Source: Promethearchaeota archaeon (GTDB lineage Archaea; Asgardarchaeota; Lokiarchaeia; Sigyniarchaeales; SOKP01). From it: a DNA stretch of 64,000 nucleotides. The stretch is from the NCBI GenBank assembly GCA_019894975.1, contig JAGXNO010000005.1, forward strand, positions 1-64,000, read 5' to 3'. A program made the translations under genes and the position numbers. The notes under the pieces are model-generated. The model was not told the origin of the DNA. It searched no databases and saw only the letters and a list, made by a program, of their open reading frames with translations. Positions 59,874 through 64,000 of this stretch are shown in pieces (within the stretch, counting starts at the first letter, position 1; each line of letters begins with the position of its first letter).

Positions 59874-59991
59874 AATATATCATTCATTTTAATCATTTTA
59901 AATAATATTATTATCTTTTAGTTGTATAAAAATTTATTTTAATTTTGATTTTAATCAAATACAAATATTATCAATTACTTTAAAAATCTAT

Positions 59992-61479
59992 ATGAAAATC
60001 GAGAATAGCATTGAGACGTTTAACTCATTAGTAAAACGTCGTGGGTTCATTTGGGGGCCATCCCCCGAAATTTATGGTGGATTTGCAGGATTTTATTCAT
60101 ACGGTCCGGCAGGGATGGCTCTAAAGAATAATGTGTTAGATCTATTTAGACAGGAATGTCGTTATTTTGGTTTTGGGGAGGTTGAGTGCCCAACGGTCTT
60201 ACCAAGTATCGTTTGGGAAGCTTCGGGGCACTTAGAAAGATTTATTGATCCTGTAATCAGATGTAATAAATGCAATACAATGTATCGGGCAGATAAATTT
60301 CTTCAAGAAAACCTTCCAAATCTTATGATTGATGGTTTATCATTTGAGGAAATGGAGAATTTAATTAAAAAACATGAATTAACTTGTCCTAAATGCGGTA
60401 ATCCTTTCCAAAATATTGAAGAATATAATTTGATGCTTAAAACATCTGTAGGAAACAATGTAACAGCATATTTACGACCTGAAACAGCTACTACAACATA
60501 TTTACTCTTCAATCGATTGGATCAAGATGCACGAAGACAATATCCTATTAAAGTCTACCAATTTGGTAAAGCTTATAGAAATGAGATCTCACCTAGACAA
60601 GGGGTTCTACGAATGAGATCTTTCGACCAATTCGAACTACAAATGTTTATCAGTAAAGAACAGGAAATGCAGTTTGAGGATTATGAAGAAGTGAAAAATA
60701 TCAAACTACCCCTATTAGACTGGAAACTTCAAGAAAAAGGAATAAATAAGCCTAAACTTATTTCTCTTGATACAGCTATAACAAATAAGACTCTTAAAAA
60801 ACCTGCTTACGCCTATTGCCTATACGTGGCGCATTACTTAACAACAATTTTGGATATTCCACAAGAATTAATTAGATTTAGACAACACTCAATTAATGAA
60901 AGAGCTCATTATGCCGACGATGCGTGGGATTTAGAAATTAAAACAAGACAATTTGGGTGGGTTGAGATATGTGGTATCCATGATAGAACTGATTATGATT
61001 TGAAACGGCATGCTGAATATTCGAAGCAGAATTTTGAAGTGCAAATGAGTTCTGATTCAAATGTCAAGGAAACACCTCAAGTTCTTGAGATTGCCTTTGG
61101 TATTGATAGAATTTTATATTGTTTACTCGAAACTACTTTTAATGTTGATCAGGGAAGAATTATATTAAAATTGAATTCAAGATTGGCACCAAATACGGTA
61201 GCAGTATTTCCGCTTGTTCGGAATAAAGAGGATATCAAAATCTTGTCATTGAAGGTCCACAGAGAGTTATTAGAAAATCGAATAGGCTCTTTTTATGATT
61301 CTGCTGGATCTATAGGTAAAAGATATCGAAGACAGGATGAGATAGGTACAAAATGGTGTGTTACTATAGACTATGAGTCTTTAGAAGATAAAAAAGCTAC
61401 CCTTAGAGATCGAGATTCGATGGACCAATCTCGGATTGATATTTCAGATCTTTCAGAAATAATAAAAATGAAACAATGA
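59992..61479 (+). CDS. glyS: Glycine--tRNA ligase (homodimeric archaeal/eukaryotic type)
   Basis: EIYGG, ASGH, YLRPETA, GKAYRNEISPRQG..R, GWVEICGI, FGIDR, SIGKRYRRQDEIGT. Confidence 0.95.
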   Translation: MKIENSIETFNSLVKRRGFIWGPSPEIYGGFAGFYSYGPAGMALKNNVLDLFRQECRYFGFGEVECPTVLPSIVWEASGHLERFIDPVIRCNKCNTMYRADKFLQENLPNLMIDGLSFEEMENLIKKHELTCPKCGNPFQNIEEYNLMLKTSVGNNVTAYLRPETATTTYLLFNRLDQDARRQYPIKVYQFGKAYRNEISPRQGVLRMRSFDQFELQMFISKEQEMQFEDYEEVKNIKLPLLDWKLQEKGINKPKLISLDTAITNKTLKKPAYAYCLYVAHYLTTILDIPQELIRFRQHSINERAHYADDAWDLEIKTRQFGWVEICGIHDRTDYDLKRHAEYSKQNFEVQMSSDSNVKETPQVLEIAFGIDRILYCLLETTFNVDQGRIILKLNSRLAPNTVAVFPLVRNKEDIKILSLKVHRELLENRIGSFYDSAGSIGKRYRRQDEIGTKWCVTIDYESLEDKKATLRDRDSMDQSRIDISDLSEIIKMKQ

Positions 61480-61640
61480 GAATAAATCCATATATTTTTG
61501 CTTAATATTCTGATCTTTTTGATCCTTTCAGAAAAAATTTTAAAGAGAAGGATTTTTTAAAAATATAATTTAAAAATTAAACTATTAATTAAAATATACG
61601 TCTTGTTTAATCTGAAATGAGTTTTTTTAATTTCTTTACT

Positions 61641-64000
61641 ATGGGAAAGAAAAGAAGGCTAAATAGAAAATATTCAACAGTTATATTCTCTATTTTCTTT
61701 ATATTGATGTTTGGTCTTAGTTTTTTAAATTTTTATAACCCTTCAAATCACGATAATTATTCTAGTGATAGGATCAATGAGGTGGATGATAATTTATTTA
61801 ATTATGACAATAATAATCTAGAAACTGCCACGGATATATCCATGCTTCAAAATCCTTTTATTACAAATTTTGATGCATTGCGTAATTTTTTTATAAATAA
61901 GTTTGAATCAAGTTTAGATTTAGATATTCCTCTCTATTATCGGGAGGGAGATTCAAGTGGGATAATCATAGATGACACAATTTATTCAGAAGATAATTTA
62001 CAGATGTATTATTCATTGCTGCAATCGGAACTTAGCCCAACTGAAACTTTTGATACCTATTTAAAGTTGAAATCAACACCATTGTGGTATGAAGATGGGA
62101 ATGGTCAGTATAATTATGGTTTTGTAAAATCAATTGATAATTCCACAGGTCAAGTGAAGAATGATAATAGATATTTAATAGATAATGTATTGCCAATTTT
62201 TCTATTAATTGAAAATATCGGAGATGGTATAGACGACATTTTAATAGACGGTAAGCATCCAAAAGATTCAATAGAAGAAATGTTTTACCTTATAAATTCT
62301 ACTGATTTTTGGGATGAAACTAATGATGGATTTATGAATTCGAATTCAACTATTAGTAGTAAATATTCGAAAAGTAATTTTTATGCCATTCTAGCAAATC
62401 TCCTGATTCATCGCACATATGATCAGCTTGGTTTAAGCGGAGTTATAAAGGGTAGAGCTTATGACTTAGCAAATAAAACAATGTATGCGGTATCCAAAAC
62501 AAATAATATGTGGGATGCAACAGATAGGGCATTTTATCACAACGCGGATAGAAATTGGGCTACTTCAGGGCCAGGACAAAAATATTATCATTTAGATGTA
62601 AACGCCTTAGGGATTATATCTCTATTAGAGTTTTGGGTCGGATCCGGGAAAGAAAACGATTCATCATTCTTATTAAAAGCAACTCAACTTTACAATAGTT
62701 TAGATAATAACTTATGGAATAATATTGACAAACTATATCATAATGTATCTCAACCTAATTGGAATATAATTGATTTTGATTATGATCTTAATGCAAATGC
62801 TCTAATGATGAAAGCTTGTTTAAGATTCTTCCAACTTACGGGAAATATAACATACTATAATAGAGCTATTGAACTTTACGATACATTTGAAAACGATTTA
62901 TATGATATTATAAACAATGCTTATGATTTTTCCCTAACAGACAACAGTAAGAATTTCAACTCAAATTTAAAGCTCTTTGATGCCTATCTGGAAGCCTCTG
63001 AAACGTATAGTAGCACATTATTAGATGCTAATTATAATTTAACAGCAACTATTCCTAATTTTGTTTTTAATCAAGACACTATGAATTTAACATCAGTGTA
63101 TGCATTTGAAAAAACAGAAACTTATTATAATCTTACAACAGAAACTTATCTTCCATTCACTACAAGATATAATATAACTGATGCGGATATAAATTATCTT
63201 TTTAAGTATCAAAATGGAACATTCTTATATCAATTTGAACATCAGATTAATAATCCAGATGATTCACATACACTTATACATACTATAGAAGACACTTTGC
63301 CAATAGAAGATGGGTATTACATATATATCTGGGCAAATAAATCATATTTTAGTGTAGGAAACACTCTAAAACGATTTAATGTATTTGGTGGTTTAATTAA
63401 TGAGACAATTGAGGGTTTGGTCAGTTTATTATATCAAGGACCAATCGTAAATGTGTCTCTGCCCATTAATTATACTCGTAATGATAACTTAACTTTGATG
63501 ACCTCTTTAGAGGGGAAAGATATTGTCAATTTTACGGCTCAAGAAGTAAATTTCACAGCAAATCCCGAATTAGATGAATTTACATATATTGACTTTAATC
63601 TTACTGCTAGACCCGGAGCTATTCCTGGTCCTAGTGAAATTGTTTTTAAAATTTATCAAGGTAATTTATTATATTTAGAAGTAAAGAAATTTATAGAAAT
63701 TGGGTATTCGTTTGATTATGAACATTTAATATACCAAAGTCTGGTTGTATCTGGAGAAAATATCCACGTGTATCTAGATCTAATCAATTTTTTACCTAAC
63801 GCTACACAATCCTTAAACGTAAGTTTTACGGGAATAACTGAACCATCGATTGAACCATTTATCCAAGAGGAGACTCTAGATGAAAATGAGATTAGATCTG
63901 TTTCTTATTCTCTACAAACTCTTGAAAACATTGTAAACGATACAATTAAAATTGAAATGAATGTTTTACAAAATACAACTCTCTATTATACTGATATACT
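61641..64000 (+). CDS. Partial large secreted/surface glycoprotein with six-hairpin-glycosidase-like repeats (runs off window end)
   Basis: ATG 61641: MGKKRRLNRKYSTVIFSIFFILMFGL (basic then hydrophobic N-terminus); FWDETNDGF, MWDATDRAFY, LWNNIDKLY repeats; many N-x-S/T sequons; the frame appears open to 64000. Confidence 0.75.
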   Translation, partial: MGKKRRLNRKYSTVIFSIFFILMFGLSFLNFYNPSNHDNYSSDRINEVDDNLFNYDNNNLETATDISMLQNPFITNFDALRNFFINKFESSLDLDIPLYYREGDSSGIIIDDTIYSEDNLQMYYSLLQSELSPTETFDTYLKLKSTPLWYEDGNGQYNYGFVKSIDNSTGQVKNDNRYLIDNVLPIFLLIENIGDGIDDILIDGKHPKDSIEEMFYLINSTDFWDETNDGFMNSNSTISSKYSKSNFYAILANLLIHRTYDQLGLSGVIKGRAYDLANKTMYAVSKTNNMWDATDRAFYHNADRNWATSGPGQKYYHLDVNALGIISLLEFWVGSGKENDSSFLLKATQLYNSLDNNLWNNIDKLYHNVSQPNWNIIDFDYDLNANALMMKACLRFFQLTGNITYYNRAIELYDTFENDLYDIINNAYDFSLTDNSKNFNSNLKLFDAYLEASETYSSTLLDANYNLTATIPNFVFNQDTMNLTSVYAFEKTETYYNLTTETYLPFTTRYNITDADINYLFKYQNGTFLYQFEHQINNPDDSHTLIHTIEDTLPIEDGYYIYIWANKSYFSVGNTLKRFNVFGGLINETIEGLVSLLYQGPIVNVSLPINYTRNDNLTLMTSLEGKDIVNFTAQEVNFTANPELDEFTYIDFNLTARPGAIPGPSEIVFKIYQGNLLYLEVKKFIEIGYSFDYEHLIYQSLVVSGENIHVYLDLINFLPNATQSLNVSFTGITEPSIEPFIQEETLDENEIRSVSYSLQTLENIVNDTIKIEMNVLQNTTLYYTDI

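Noticed and set aside
1-64000. tRNA/rRNA genes, prophage, IS elements, additional BHB introns
   Set aside because: I saw no GC-rich structured RNA islands, integrase/transposase motifs or other split ORFs by eye. Stop-free in-frame mini-introns cannot be excluded without alignments.

Overview
AT-rich, gene-dense archaeal chromosomal window, most consistent with an Asgard archaeon (Lokiarchaeia-like). This is inferred from Alba, archaeal ACDS cdhB/cdhC, tetraether synthase, an archaeal/eukaryotic-type GlyRS, a longin-like protein, and many TPR, 7TM and acyl-CoA-degradation genes. It holds about 55 CDS covering lipid/acyl-CoA catabolism, NAD salvage, a polar amino-acid ABC transporter, an orphan methyltransferase-specificity fusion and Wood-Ljungdahl ACDS subunits. 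I saw no rRNA, tRNA, CRISPR array or transposase. The main observation is that the acetyl-CoA synthase beta gene (cdhC, 18879-20348, minus) is interrupted by a 30-nt insert (19358-19387) carrying two in-frame UGA stops. The insert folds with its flanks into a bulge-helix-bulge (BHB) splice motif, and cutting at the canonical BHB sites restores ...FSAMANQTGGGKQMPGF... and a 479-aa CdhC. It is therefore a candidate tRNA-endonuclease-type mRNA intron in a central carbon-metabolism gene. Secondary observations include non-AUG starts (ATA/ATC/ATT), a (Cys-Pro-X)9 linker, an Ltp3/Ltp4-like Cys-less thiolase/DUF35 cluster, a small gene abutting Tes, an unannotated Zn-finger microprotein and a receiver-domain remnant. 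All family calls are from motif recognition by eye; no searches were run.
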